A stretch of DNA of 57,892 nucleotides from Minisyncoccota bacterium (GCA_022842585.1 JALHPI010000002.1:1-57892); one strand, 5' to 3'. Counted from the first letter of the stretch, positions 19,328 to 27,998 are shown. The notes: generated by a model from the letters alone, not told the origin. Numbers and translations are program-made.

Positions 19328-20032
19328 ATGGCACTTTCCGACAAACGCATTCTCGAAGAGATGAAAAAAGGCGATATCGTCATTTCCCCGTTTGACCGCT
19401 CCCAGCTCGCAACCAGTAGCTACGACGTAACGCTCGGCGAATACTTCTTCCGCGAACAGCCGCCAAAATATAATCACTCCCTCTACAACATTTGGGATAA
19501 GGCTCATACCGAGCATGTGTGGGGTGCCGACAAAGTAGAGCGTGCAGTAGTCGCCAAGGAGGCGTTCAAGAAATACAACTTCGATTGGGGTGGCGGCATA
19601 CGACCCGACGACAAAGTCATCGTACTGCGCCCCGGAGAAACCATTCTCGGACACACGGAAGAATTCATCGGCGGTAAGAATCACATCACGACTATGATGA
19701 AGGCGCGCAGTTCCATGGGTCGCAACTTCATCGAGGTTTGCAAATGCGCCGGCTGGGGCGACGTAGGCTACATCAACCGCTGGACGATGGAAATCACCAA
19801 TAACTCAAAGAACTACATCATCCCTCTCGTAGTGGGCCGTCGCATCGCGCAAATCGTATTCTTTGAAACGGGCCCGATAGAGGGAGGCGACTATGCGGCG
19901 ACCGGAAAATACGCATCCTCCACGAACGTAGCTGAACTGAAGAAAAAGTGGACCCCGGATTCCGTACTTCCCCGTCTGTGGAATGACCGCGATATAAAGA
20001 AAAAACAGTCGTGGCACAAGAAAGTAAAATAG
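19328..20032 (+). CDS. dcd: dCTP deaminase/dUTPase-superfamily protein (long form)
   Basis: 234 aa, MALSDKRILEEMKKGDIVISPF N-terminus, and motifs like ARSSMGR and GWGDVGY. Confidence 0.75.
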   Translation: MALSDKRILEEMKKGDIVISPFDRSQLATSSYDVTLGEYFFREQPPKYNHSLYNIWDKAHTEHVWGADKVERAVVAKEAFKKYNFDWGGGIRPDDKVIVLRPGETILGHTEEFIGGKNHITTMMKARSSMGRNFIEVCKCAGWGDVGYINRWTMEITNNSKNYIIPLVVGRRIAQIVFFETGPIEGGDYAATGKYASSTNVAELKKKWTPDSVLPRLWNDRDIKKKQSWHKKVK

Positions 20033-20451
20033 AGGAACTACTGGCGCCGTACGGCGCCTTCATTACCTACACGCCGCTTCGCACGGAAGTTCCTTTCTTG
20101 GAGTATCTCACTCTCCCACAAACTGATATGATATATCATATCAGTCCACGTGCGTCTCTTGATCCGAGCGACGAAGCAAGAAAAGCCGTAGAACTCATTG
20201 GAGACACGCCGACCGCTATTTTTATCCCTGGCCGCTCCTTTGATGCATCTGGTACCCGCCACGGCCAGGGTGGAGGCTGGTATGACCGATTCCTAACTCA
20301 CGTCCCTGAAAAATGGCTCCGCATCGGCTTCTGCTACGAGAAGCAGTTTTCCGCCACCCCCTTGCTGCGGCAACCGTGGGACCAGCCTATGGACGCAGTC
20401 ATCGTCGTCGGCCCGCACGACACGCGCCTCATGCTCCCGGAAAAGAAGTGA
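20011..20451 (+). CDS. 5-formyltetrahydrofolate cyclo-ligase family protein
   Basis: 146 aa, PGRSFDASGTRHGQGGGWYDRFL motif. Overlaps the dcd end. Contains the 22-nt palindrome at 20123-20144. Confidence 0.8.
   Translation: MAQESKIEELLAPYGAFITYTPLRTEVPFLEYLTLPQTDMIYHISPRASLDPSDEARKAVELIGDTPTAIFIPGRSFDASGTRHGQGGGWYDRFLTHVPEKWLRIGFCYEKQFSATPLLRQPWDQPMDAVIVVGPHDTRLMLPEKK
20123..20144. repeat. Perfect palindrome CTGATATGATATATCATATCAG (core shared with 52356-52381)
   Basis: The 20-nt core TGATATGATATATCATATCA is identical at both loci. Here it lies inside coding sequence (TDMIYHIS). Confidence 0.9.
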
Positions 20452-20498
20452 GCCGCCTGCATTTGCAGACGGCTCGTCTTTTTCGCGCACCCCGCTAT

Positions 20499-20705
20499 TT
20501 ACGGGCGCCGTGAACGGTTCCTCCACGCATGAATCATAATCATGACGGCTCCGAGGACCGCCACAGCCACGAATACCCAAGCGATGGAGTGCAGTATGTT
20601 CCTTCCGGTCTCGGTGTAGGCTGGTAGGCTCGCGAACGTGAAGAGCACGAGCGCAGCCACTACTGCGGCGAGAATGGCGATAATGCGATTTTTGATAACA
20701 GACAT
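20499..20705 (-). CDS. Small 2-TM hypothetical membrane protein (68 aa)
   Basis: Internal ATG MSVIKNRIIAILAAVVAALVLF... of ORF 20499..20960. Competes with the upstream part of a + strand ORF. Confidence 0.4.
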   Translation of the reverse strand: MSVIKNRIIAILAAVVAALVLFTFASLPAYTETGRNILHSIAWVFVAVAVLGAVMIMIHAWRNRSRRP

Positions 20706-20763
20706 TTCCTGCTCCGTGGCAGATACCCGACATCGGGCGTCCGCACACAGTATCGCTTCTCCA

Positions 20764-21144
20764 ATGAAACGCAATATGATGCCCTGTGCTATCCTTTTCG
20801 AAATGATTCTCCCGACCGCTCTCTTCCTCGTTCTCAGCTTTGCGGCATATCTCTTGATCTCTTTATTCGGCCATCTTACAGGCGGGGGCCCAGGCTCGTT
20901 CTGGGAGGATGTGCGGGCGGTTTTTATGCCCGTTCCGCTCCTTATCCTGCTCGCGAGCAACCTTCTCTTTGCCGCGGCGCTTTCTCACGGCTTCAAGGTG
21001 ACGCCGTACGCCATTCCAGCTTCAGTCGCTGTCGGCATCATTGCGTCGTTCGCGTATTCCGCGACAGTTCTTCATGCGAGCGTGACTCCGCTCAAGCTCT
21101 TTGCCATCGCAATCATCCTCGTCGGCGTCTACCTTCTCCGATAA
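20764..21144 (+). CDS. Small 4-TM DMT/SMR-like membrane protein
   Basis: Internal ATG MKRNMMPCAILFEMIL... About 126 aa with four hydrophobic segments. Ends 1 nt before folA. Confidence 0.55.
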   Translation: MKRNMMPCAILFEMILPTALFLVLSFAAYLLISLFGHLTGGGPGSFWEDVRAVFMPVPLLILLASNLLFAAALSHGFKVTPYAIPASVAVGIIASFAYSATVLHASVTPLKLFAIAIILVGVYLLR

Positions 21145-21145
21145 T

Positions 21146-21643
21146 ATGCACCGTATATCTGCCATTGCTGCTATAGGGAAAAATACTCGCGTCCTCGGCA
21201 AGGACAATGACTTGGTATTCAAGATTCCAGAAGACTTGAAGCGTTTCCGCACGCTCACGAAAGGCCATCCCGTCATTATGGGACGAAAGACCTGGGAGTC
21301 GCTCCCTGAAGTCGCGCGCCCGCTCCCAAATCGAGCGAACTTCATCGTGACGCGCCAAGCCTCATATGTAGCGGAAGGCGCTACCGTCTCCCCCACCATT
21401 GAAGCGGCGATTGAGAGCGCAAAGAATGCGGATGGCTCTGACGAGATATTCATCATTGGTGGCGGCGAGTTGTATGCGCTCGCGCTCCCGTTTGTGGACC
21501 GCCTCTATCTCACGCTTGTGGACGCTGATGCTACGGGTGATGTGCATTTCCCCGAGTATCCGGAGTTCACGAAGGTAATTGAAAACGAAAAACACATCGA
21601 GCACGCTCCTCCATTTGAATACGTGACCCTCGAACGTCCATAA
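21146..21643 (+). CDS. folA: Dihydrofolate reductase
   Basis: Internal ATG MHRISAIAAIGKN... VIMGRKTWESLP and IIGGGELY motifs. Confidence 0.9.
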   Translation: MHRISAIAAIGKNTRVLGKDNDLVFKIPEDLKRFRTLTKGHPVIMGRKTWESLPEVARPLPNRANFIVTRQASYVAEGATVSPTIEAAIESAKNADGSDEIFIIGGGELYALALPFVDRLYLTLVDADATGDVHFPEYPEFTKVIENEKHIEHAPPFEYVTLERP

Positions 21644-21646
21644 CAC

Positions 21647-21670
21647 AAAACCCCGCTTTCGCGGGGTTTT
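21647..21670. terminator. Bidirectional intrinsic terminator (folA / rplK convergent)
   Basis: AAAACCCCGC-TTTC-GCGGGGTTTT. Confidence 0.85.
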
Positions 21671-21698
21671 GTTTTTACGACGGTATGGTCGTTATTTT

Positions 21699-21782
21699 GC
21701 CTGATTTTTGCGGAGAGAGCCCGCGCAAAAACCATGCATAAGTGTCCACTAAAAACTCGTACCGAGTTTTTAGTTCCCCTTA
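21699..21782 (-). repeat. Family A structured repeat, copy 2 (84 nt, overlaps last codons and stop of rplK)
   Basis: See 2978-3061. Hairpin ACTAAAAACTCG-TAC-CGAGTTTTTAGT replaces GTCCTTTTGTAC-TTC-GTACAAAAGGAC at the same position. Confidence 0.8.
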
Positions 21783-22195
21783 ACTTCAATACCCATTGAG
21801 CGGGCGGTCCCTTCAATAATGCGGTCTGCCGCTTCAGGAGAACCTGCCGAGAGGTCAGGCATCTTCTGCTCTGCGATTTCACGGACCTGCGCCTTGGTGA
21901 GCGTTCCTGCCTTGCTTGAGCCCGGCTTCTGGGAAGCCTTTTCAAGACCAAGCTTCTTCAGGATAAGGCGGGATGCCGGAGGAGTCTTGAGGACGAAGGT
22001 GAACGTACGGTCTTCGTAGACGGAGAGGTCCACGGGGATGATGTCGCCCATCTTGTCGCGGGTCGCCTCGTTGAACTTGTTTACGAAGTCGCCGATGTTG
22101 ACGCCTGCGGGACCAAGTACGGTACCGACCGGAGGTGCAGGAGTTGCCTTCCCTGCGGGAATCTGGAGCTTGATGAGTTTTACTACTTTAGCCAT
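21770..22195 (-). CDS. rplK: 50S ribosomal protein L11
   Basis: 141 aa, [26 protein letters not shown] signature. Not followed by rplA in this window. Confidence 0.95.
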   Translation of the reverse strand: MAKVVKLIKLQIPAGKATPAPPVGTVLGPAGVNIGDFVNKFNEATRDKMGDIIPVDLSVYEDRTFTFVLKTPPASRLILKKLGLEKASQKPGSSKAGTLTKAQVREIAEQKMPDLSAGSPEAADRIIEGTARSMGIEVKGN

Positions 22196-22215
22196 ATGAG
22201 TTTGATTAATCTACG

Positions 22216-22785
22216 TTAAATCTTCCGGATTTGCAAAAAGTCCAACTCCACCGGGGTTTCGCGGCCGAACATAGCGACGAGGACTTTGACCTTTCCGCGG
22301 TCCTCATCGATTTCCCCTACCTTGCCTTCAAGGTCCTTGAATGGGCCGTCGTTGATGATGACGGCATCGTCCTTAGTAAGGTCGATGCGGTGCTTCGGTG
22401 CTTCAGCCCCCATACGCTTCATGAGCGACGTGACTTCACTCTCTTCCATAGGGACTGGAGTTGTGCCGGAGCCGACGAAACCAGTAACGCGAGGGGTATT
22501 ACGCACGACGAACCAGGAGTCCTCGTCTACAATCATCTTTACGAGGATGTAGCCCGGATAAATCTTCTCTTCCTCGACGACGCGCTTCCCTCCCTTCACA
22601 CGGACTTTCTTTTCGGTCGGTACGACGACTTCGAAAATCTTCTTGTCCATACCAAGCGATTCTATGCGCTGTTTGAGGTTACGCTCTACGGCGTTTTCAT
22701 ACCCCGCGTAGGTATGGATGGTGTACCAGCTTGGAGTGCTGTTTGCGGCGTCTTCGTTGAACTGAGGTGCGGAGCGGGTGTCCAT
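22216..22785 (-). CDS. nusG: Transcription termination/antitermination factor NusG
   Basis: Internal ATG MDTRSAPQF...WYTIHTYAGYENAV (NGN) and a KOW motif (GPFKDLEGKVGEID). The rest of ORF 22216..23175 is read-through over secE. Confidence 0.93.
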   Translation of the reverse strand: MDTRSAPQFNEDAANSTPSWYTIHTYAGYENAVERNLKQRIESLGMDKKIFEVVVPTEKKVRVKGGKRVVEEEKIYPGYILVKMIVDEDSWFVVRNTPRVTGFVGSGTTPVPMEESEVTSLMKRMGAEAPKHRIDLTKDDAVIINDGPFKDLEGKVGEIDEDRGKVKVLVAMFGRETPVELDFLQIRKI

Positions 22786-22790
22786 AAGTA

Positions 22791-22973
22791 TTATCCAATG
22801 AGGGAACCGACAAGGTTGGTAAGTACGTAATCGAGCAAGCCAATGAATACGGCGACGATTGCAGAAATGAGTATGATGAGAAGCGTGTGCACGAGCGTGA
22901 CACGCGGTTTCGGCCAAACGATGTGCTGGAATTCGCCACGAACGTTCTTTAAATACGAGATGAAAGATTTCAT
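22791..22973 (-). CDS. secE: Preprotein translocase subunit SecE
   Basis: 60 aa, VRGEFQHIVWPKPRVTLVHT + one TM. In the secE-nusG-rplK order. Confidence 0.9.
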   Translation of the reverse strand: MKSFISYLKNVRGEFQHIVWPKPRVTLVHTLLIILISAIVAVFIGLLDYVLTNLVGSLIG

Positions 22974-23052
22974 AGGGGGAGTATTTTAAAACGCCCCTTC
23001 GGGCGCTTACAAGGACAAGCATACCAGAAAGAGAGGTTTCGTCAAACCAAAC

Positions 23053-23080
23053 AAAATATGGCCCAATTGGGCCATATTTT
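23053..23080. terminator. Palindromic bidirectional terminator
   Basis: AAAATATGGCCCAATTGGGCCATATTTT. Confidence 0.7.
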
Positions 23081-23087
23081 GTAAGAA

Positions 23088-23207
23088 GCGCGTTCAAAAA
23101 TCTCTCAGATGCGAGGCGCGAGCGAGGACCGGTTCGAGCCGTACAAGACGTACGGTGAGAACTGGGCCGAAGCAAGCAACAAAGCAGGTGAGGATTTTGG
23201 TAGCGCG
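23088..23207 (+). repeat. Family B structured repeat, copy 2
   Basis: GATGCGAGGCGCG, CCGTAC-AAGAC-GTACGG hairpin, GCAACAAAGCAGGTG. Closing helix CGCG..CAAAATC/GATTTTG..CGCG. Confidence 0.75.
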
Positions 23208-23208
23208 A

Positions 23209-24015
23209 TTAGCGAATTTCGTAGGTGATCATCACCGTCACATTCGTCTCATGTTCCCCTGTCGGGAGTGATGGACGTGCGGGAGCGCTCATTTCGTTTG
23301 CCATCATGCCGCCTTTCGCGTACATGTCGTACATTGGGTAGTACCCTTGGTTTTCCGAGAAGGAAACCACCTTTCCAAGACTCACTCCGAGCTGGGCCGC
23401 AAGTGCCTTCGCTTTTGCTTTCGCGTTGTCGATGGCTTCCTTGCGCGCGTCGTTGCGGATGGCATCATCCTCGTCCACGGTGAAGTTCGGACCGGAGATG
23501 TTCTGAACGTTCAGAGTGCCAAGCGCCTGAAGCACGTCTCCAGCCTTGCCCGTTTCGCGGACTTTTACCTCAACCGTCTGAGACACTTGGTAGCCGATAA
23601 TCTTCGGGTTCTGGGAAGCCGGACACACGCCGCCGTAGCACGGCTGCGGGTACTCGTATTCAGGCGATACGTTGTACGCGATAGTCTTCACGTCTTTCTT
23701 TTCGACGCCGAGCCCATCAATTGCCGCAAGCGCCGCATCGGTCTTTTCCGTAGCTTTCTTTTGAGCATCGGCGACGGTGACTGCTTTTTCAGTGACGGAA
23801 AAATCAATCGTCGCGATGTTTGGAATGGTCGCTGCCTTGCCAGTGCCTTCGACCGTAATGGTGTTCATGTACGGGTTCTCGGAACGGCCGAGGTTACCGA
23901 AAGCGTTAATGGTAAGGGCGAGCAGGAAAAGAGCGAGTACGCCAAGCGCTGCGGTGGCCGCAAAGCGGACTGACTTGGTCGCCTTCACAAAGGTATCTCC
24001 AAAAGATTCGTTCAT
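23209..24015 (-). CDS. SIMPL/DUF541-family periplasmic protein
   Basis: 268 aa, N-terminal TM/signal, typical SIMPL two-lobed pattern (ITVEGTGKA...VTVMITYEI). Confidence 0.75.
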   Translation of the reverse strand: MNESFGDTFVKATKSVRFAATAALGVLALFLLALTINAFGNLGRSENPYMNTITVEGTGKAATIPNIATIDFSVTEKAVTVADAQKKATEKTDAALAAIDGLGVEKKDVKTIAYNVSPEYEYPQPCYGGVCPASQNPKIIGYQVSQTVEVKVRETGKAGDVLQALGTLNVQNISGPNFTVDEDDAIRNDARKEAIDNAKAKAKALAAQLGVSLGKVVSFSENQGYYPMYDMYAKGGMMANEMSAPARPSLPTGEHETNVTVMITYEIR

Positions 24016-24051
24016 ACTAAATGGTTATGTGGTAATGCGGGGTTCACTATA

Positions 24052-25149
24052 TCACGACGAGCTTTCTCGCTTTTTATGACCGACAAGGGCGAGAACCGCA
24101 AGAATCGTCGCTATCGCTCCGGAGAATGACAGTGCGAGTCCTCCGGCAAGGATTTTTATCGCCTCAGCAGCAAACATTTCGCGGTTCAAAATGAAGAGGA
24201 GCGGCGCATCGCTCTGCGAGACAAGCATAAGAAGCGGGAGCGACGCTCCAGCGTACGCAAGCGGAAGCGTATTTACGACCGCACCGAGGTGGTGCTGACC
24301 TACTCGCATCGCCCGCATAAACACTGCCTTGCGCGAGAGGTTCGGGTTCGCTTCAGTTATTTCTGAAACAGTGTGGACTTGGGACACACTGATGTCGTTT
24401 AAAACGCCAACAATACCGATAAGTATTCCTCCGAGAAGAAGCCCTTCGAGGCTGAGCGCTCCTTTTGTTGCGAAGTTTAGAAATACCGTTTCGTCTGAAA
24501 CAAAACCTGAAAGTTTTGCCGAAGCGACGACCATTTCTGCAAACACTGCCGAGAGCGCGAGCGCGACCACACTTCCAAACAGTGCGACGAAGGTCGGGCG
24601 ATTGATGCCATGAGTGACAAGCATAGAAAACACGAGCATCACCATAGCGAGAACCACGCACGTAAGTATGGGTGGAGCACCTGCATAGAGAAGCGGAACC
24701 AGCCCGAACACGATAAGTGCGAGACTTCCAAACAGAGATATGAGCGCTCGTACCCCAGCACCTCCTCCGACAAGGATGGTTATGAGAATAAATGCTGCAG
24801 CAAGTAACCCGAGCGCACCCCGTCTATCAGGCTCCCCCACCGCCCATATATCAGCGCCGTCTTCAGTCTGGGTCGAATGAAGATAAAAAATATCCCCTGC
24901 GGAAAGCTGGACTGGAGAACTATTTTCCAAGGTGTGCAGCTCTCCCTCTCGGGCTCCTTCGATAATACGTACGGTCAGTTCCTGAAATTGGTCGCGTACC
25001 CCGGTCGCCTCAATGGCTCGCTCGCCTTCTTTCCCGACCTCCACTACCTGCGCACGAAAGACGCTCTCATGAAAAGGCGTTTCTTGCGCCTGCACGGAAA
25101 GTGGAGCAAAAAAGAGGCACGTAAGGAGTGCTAGTGTTAGGACGTTCAT
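24052..25149 (-). CDS. YibE/F-family membrane protein
   Basis: Start taken at MNVLTLALL (ATGA overlap with the Fur-family stop). Signal plus soluble domain, then multi-TM with a GVLNDISVSQ motif. Confidence 0.75.
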   Translation of the reverse strand: MNVLTLALLTCLFFAPLSVQAQETPFHESVFRAQVVEVGKEGERAIEATGVRDQFQELTVRIIEGAREGELHTLENSSPVQLSAGDIFYLHSTQTEDGADIWAVGEPDRRGALGLLAAAFILITILVGGGAGVRALISLFGSLALIVFGLVPLLYAGAPPILTCVVLAMVMLVFSMLVTHGINRPTFVALFGSVVALALSAVFAEMVVASAKLSGFVSDETVFLNFATKGALSLEGLLLGGILIGIVGVLNDISVSQVHTVSEITEANPNLSRKAVFMRAMRVGQHHLGAVVNTLPLAYAGASLPLLMLVSQSDAPLLFILNREMFAAEAIKILAGGLALSFSGAIATILAVLALVGHKKRESSS

Positions 25150-25577
25150 ACGCGTACAGCGCACTTTGTGCATACCCCAAAGAATTCAAGTGCATGGGAG
25201 TTGATACGCGAGAAGCGCACTGATTTCCGGACTTTTTCATCAAGCGATGGAGAAACGCACGTGGAGACATCTTCGATGCGTCCGCATGAAGTACAGATAG
25301 CATGGTGGTGGTGCTCCCCAGCAAGCTCGAACAATGCTCGATTGTGATCAATAGCAATCCGCCGCACCAAACCAAGAGCGGAAAGTGTTTCGAGGGTGCG
25401 GTACGCAGTGGTTAGGTCGAACTTCCCTGTACCGAGGGTATGTAACTCCTCTACCGAAACCGGGCGGTGCGTACGGGTGCGTAACAACTCTATAAGGAGC
25501 CTGCGCTGCGGCGTAGCGCGCAATCGCGCCGCACGCAGAAGCTCGAGCGTTTGGAGAGCCTTGTCCGGGCGAGCCAT
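25146..25577 (-). CDS. Fur-family metalloregulator (Zur-like by context)
   Basis: 143 aa, winged-helix TPQRRLLIELL, HHHHAICTSCG...CTKC metal sites. Divergent from a ZIP transporter. Confidence 0.85.
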   Translation of the reverse strand: MARPDKALQTLELLRAARLRATPQRRLLIELLRTRTHRPVSVEELHTLGTGKFDLTTAYRTLETLSALGLVRRIAIDHNRALFELAGEHHHHAICTSCGRIEDVSTCVSPSLDEKVRKSVRFSRINSHALEFFGVCTKCAVRV

Positions 25578-25619
25578 ATGTTCCCCATCATACCTCGTAG
25601 CGTACTATTTTCCACTTGC

Positions 25620-25642
25620 TAATGATTTGCATCTAAAAATTA
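25620..25642. promoter_or_regulatory. Candidate Fur/Zur box in the divergent promoter region
   Basis: AT-rich imperfect palindrome TAATGATTTGCATCTAAAAATTA (7 of 11 arm pairs complementary). Confidence 0.25.
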
Positions 25643-25660
25643 GGGTGCTAGGATATCTGC

Positions 25661-26515
25661 ATGGAACCAATCATCGGAAGTATTATCGCAGTAAGTGCTG
25701 TAAGTCTGGTATCGCTTGTCGGAATGGCTACGCTCTCCTTACAACAGGATGCCTTGCGCAAAGGCCTCTTTCTTTTGGTCGCACTCGCTGCGGGCGCCCT
25801 CATCGGCGACGCGTTCATCCACCTCATTCCAGAGGCGTTTGCGGAAGCAGGCACGAACGAGGTAGCAATCGCTATTCTCGCGGGTATTCTTTCTTTTTTC
25901 TTGCTTGAAAAGTTCCTCCATTGGCATCACAGCCATGGCGATGAGGAATTCTCTCCTGAGCACGGGAAGATTCATCCCCTTGGTTCCCTAGTACTCGTCT
26001 CTGACGGTATTCATAACTTCGTAGACGGTCTCGCCATCGGAGCTGCGTTCATGGTATCTCCCGAGATAGGTATCGCGACGACGATTGCCATAGCACTGCA
26101 TGAAATACCGCAGGAAATCGGTGACTTCGGGCTTCTCCTCCATGCGGGCTTCTCGCGCACAAAAGCGCTTCTTATGAACTTCCTTTCCGCACTCACCGCC
26201 TTCCTCGGTCTTGCGGTCGCCTTCTGGATTGGGGGAACCTTTGAGTCGCTTATCCCGCTCATTGCAGCGTTCACGGCAGGTATGTTCATCTATCTCGCGC
26301 TTGCAGACCTCGTCCCCGAGCTCCAGAAGACCAAACAGATGGGTCGTTCTTTCCTGCAGGTAGCAGTGATTATCGGAGGTATCGCCCTCATGTTCGGACT
26401 CACGGCGTTTGAAGGACACGGTCACTCGCATGAAGCAGTTCATGAGGATGCGCATAGCCCGCACGCAGATGAACACCACGAAGACGAATTACACCTTGAA
26501 GAGCATGGTCATTAG
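25661..26515 (+). CDS. zupT: ZIP-family divalent metal (zinc) transporter with His-rich tail
   Basis: 284 aa, HEIPQEIGDFGLL signature, His-rich loop and C-terminus. Confidence 0.88.
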   Translation: MEPIIGSIIAVSAVSLVSLVGMATLSLQQDALRKGLFLLVALAAGALIGDAFIHLIPEAFAEAGTNEVAIAILAGILSFFLLEKFLHWHHSHGDEEFSPEHGKIHPLGSLVLVSDGIHNFVDGLAIGAAFMVSPEIGIATTIAIALHEIPQEIGDFGLLLHAGFSRTKALLMNFLSALTAFLGLAVAFWIGGTFESLIPLIAAFTAGMFIYLALADLVPELQKTKQMGRSFLQVAVIIGGIALMFGLTAFEGHGHSHEAVHEDAHSPHADEHHEDELHLEEHGH

Positions 26516-26626
26516 TAGCAGGAAAAGGGGTGCGCTAGCAGAGATGGTGCACGGTAGTGAGTCTCTATAACAAACCCAGGGAAGGTCTTGCTTGCATTAC
26601 TTAGCGTGAGCTTCTGTTTCTGGGGC

Positions 26627-27253
26627 TCAAGTAACGATATACGCGTCGAATAGTTTTCGAACCGCGTCTTTTGCAAAGATTCTGAATGTTTTTATCATTT
26701 CGACTCGTTCAGAGTACTTTGATTGTCGATACGTGTTCTCAAAGACAGCCATGAGGGCTGACGCTTCCGCGGCAAGCTCAGCAAGCAGAGGAGGTATTTC
26801 GCCTTGCGGATTCTGAAAGTCTTCTCGTTTATGTTCCATTTGAGAAAAAAGTGCCATCATAGCAAAGCTGTTCAGAATACCCCCCATTTGGTTCCAATTA
26901 AACGCAGTCTTGTCTGCGCGCAGCTTTTCCGTACCGCTCAAGCTTTGAAGCTCCCACTCACGACGACGCTGATGGGCTTCTATAGGATCAAGTTCCGTGC
27001 CATCCTCGCCGAAATCAAACCCGTCACGCGAAAGCGGCCAAGTCAGGTATTCGAGTATTGATTCAATGTATTGCCTGACCTCTTCCGAAGACATTGGTGC
27101 TTTGAGCGCTTCATTTTGGAACGAATCGATTTCCGCCTCGTCACCAAACGTCTCAAAGACAACCTTTCGTCCTCCAAGCATCTGCTCTCCATAATATGGG
27201 GGAACATAGTCGCTTGTAAGACTAAGTTCTCCTGCTTCAAAATTATTGGCCAT
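26627..27253 (-). CDS. Hypothetical protein (208 aa)
   Basis: ORF only, no recognised motif. 3 nt downstream of the preceding gene's stop. Visibly lower GC. Confidence 0.55.
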   Translation of the reverse strand: MANNFEAGELSLTSDYVPPYYGEQMLGGRKVVFETFGDEAEIDSFQNEALKAPMSSEEVRQYIESILEYLTWPLSRDGFDFGEDGTELDPIEAHQRRREWELQSLSGTEKLRADKTAFNWNQMGGILNSFAMMALFSQMEHKREDFQNPQGEIPPLLAELAAEASALMAVFENTYRQSKYSERVEMIKTFRIFAKDAVRKLFDAYIVT

Positions 27254-27256
27254 ACC

Positions 27257-27925
27257 CTATTGAAGTTCGAGCGTCGAGAGCATCTGCAGAAGCGCTTTGT
27301 GCTCCGGGAGATTCCCCACAACGAGCTTCGGGTCCATCCATTCGGTAACGTCGCGTTCGATGATATCAAAGCGCAATACGCTTTTTTCGCGACCCAGATA
27401 GTACGAGCTCGCTACCTGCCCCTCAAATCGTTCTATAACCGTACCTTGAAACGTACGGCCATCAACCAGAACTGGTTTGAACTCCTTCATGTCTTTTGCC
27501 GGCTCACCTGAGGGCGAGAAGACCGTGTTCGCAAGTATCACGTCGTCTGCGGTTTTCCCTTCAGGAATCGGGTACTCGTACACAGTGAGGTAGTGAAACG
27601 AGCCATCAGTCGCGGGCTTCTGATAGAAGCCGAGCATATCCGGTAATTCCCCATCGGCTCCCGGCTCCTGGACGCCTGCCACATAGCCTTCAGGCAGGGC
27701 TAGCGCAATCTTCGCATCAGGGAATGCTACGTTCGGAAAGGCGCAGGGAGAGAACTCGCACGCGGGCCCCACCCTCCCTACCGAACTACCATCAGGACAA
27801 AGTTTTGCTTCTTCAGTACAAGCAACCGCCACCGGACCTCCGGTACGCTCCTGTACGTTTCGGTAGATAAAGCCGCCAATGCCGATAAGGATGATGAGGA
27901 CGATTCCTGCAACGAGTGATTTCAT
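27257..27925 (-). CDS. Hypothetical secreted/membrane-anchored protein (222 aa)
   Basis: Internal ATG MKSLVAGIVLIILIGIGGFIY (signal anchor), Cys-rich segment CTEEAKLCPDG...CEFSPC. Confidence 0.6.
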   Translation of the reverse strand: MKSLVAGIVLIILIGIGGFIYRNVQERTGGPVAVACTEEAKLCPDGSSVGRVGPACEFSPCAFPNVAFPDAKIALALPEGYVAGVQEPGADGELPDMLGFYQKPATDGSFHYLTVYEYPIPEGKTADDVILANTVFSPSGEPAKDMKEFKPVLVDGRTFQGTVIERFEGQVASSYYLGREKSVLRFDIIERDVTEWMDPKLVVGNLPEHKALLQMLSTLELQ

Positions 27926-27952
27926 GACGGCAGTATACCCCGTTATAAAAGC

Positions 27953-27982
27953 AAAAACCGCCACCGTACGGTGGCGGTTTTT
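27953..27982. terminator. Intrinsic terminator after mscL
   Basis: AAAAACCGCCACCGTACGGTGGCGGTTTTT. Confidence 0.85.
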
Positions 27983-27998
27983 GTACCCTAAGAAAGGG

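Noticed and set aside
16506-21643. glyA-tmk-thyA-dcd-MTHFS-folA cluster as a novel system.
   Set aside because: This is a coherent but well-understood thymidylate/folate-cycle gene neighbourhood. It is noteworthy only as context for the palindrome inside the MTHFS gene.
22786-23175. N-terminal 130 aa of ORF 22216..23175.
   Set aside because: This is read-through across secE and repeat B2 in another frame. NusG starts at the internal ATG (22785), and secE is a separate, recognisable ORF.
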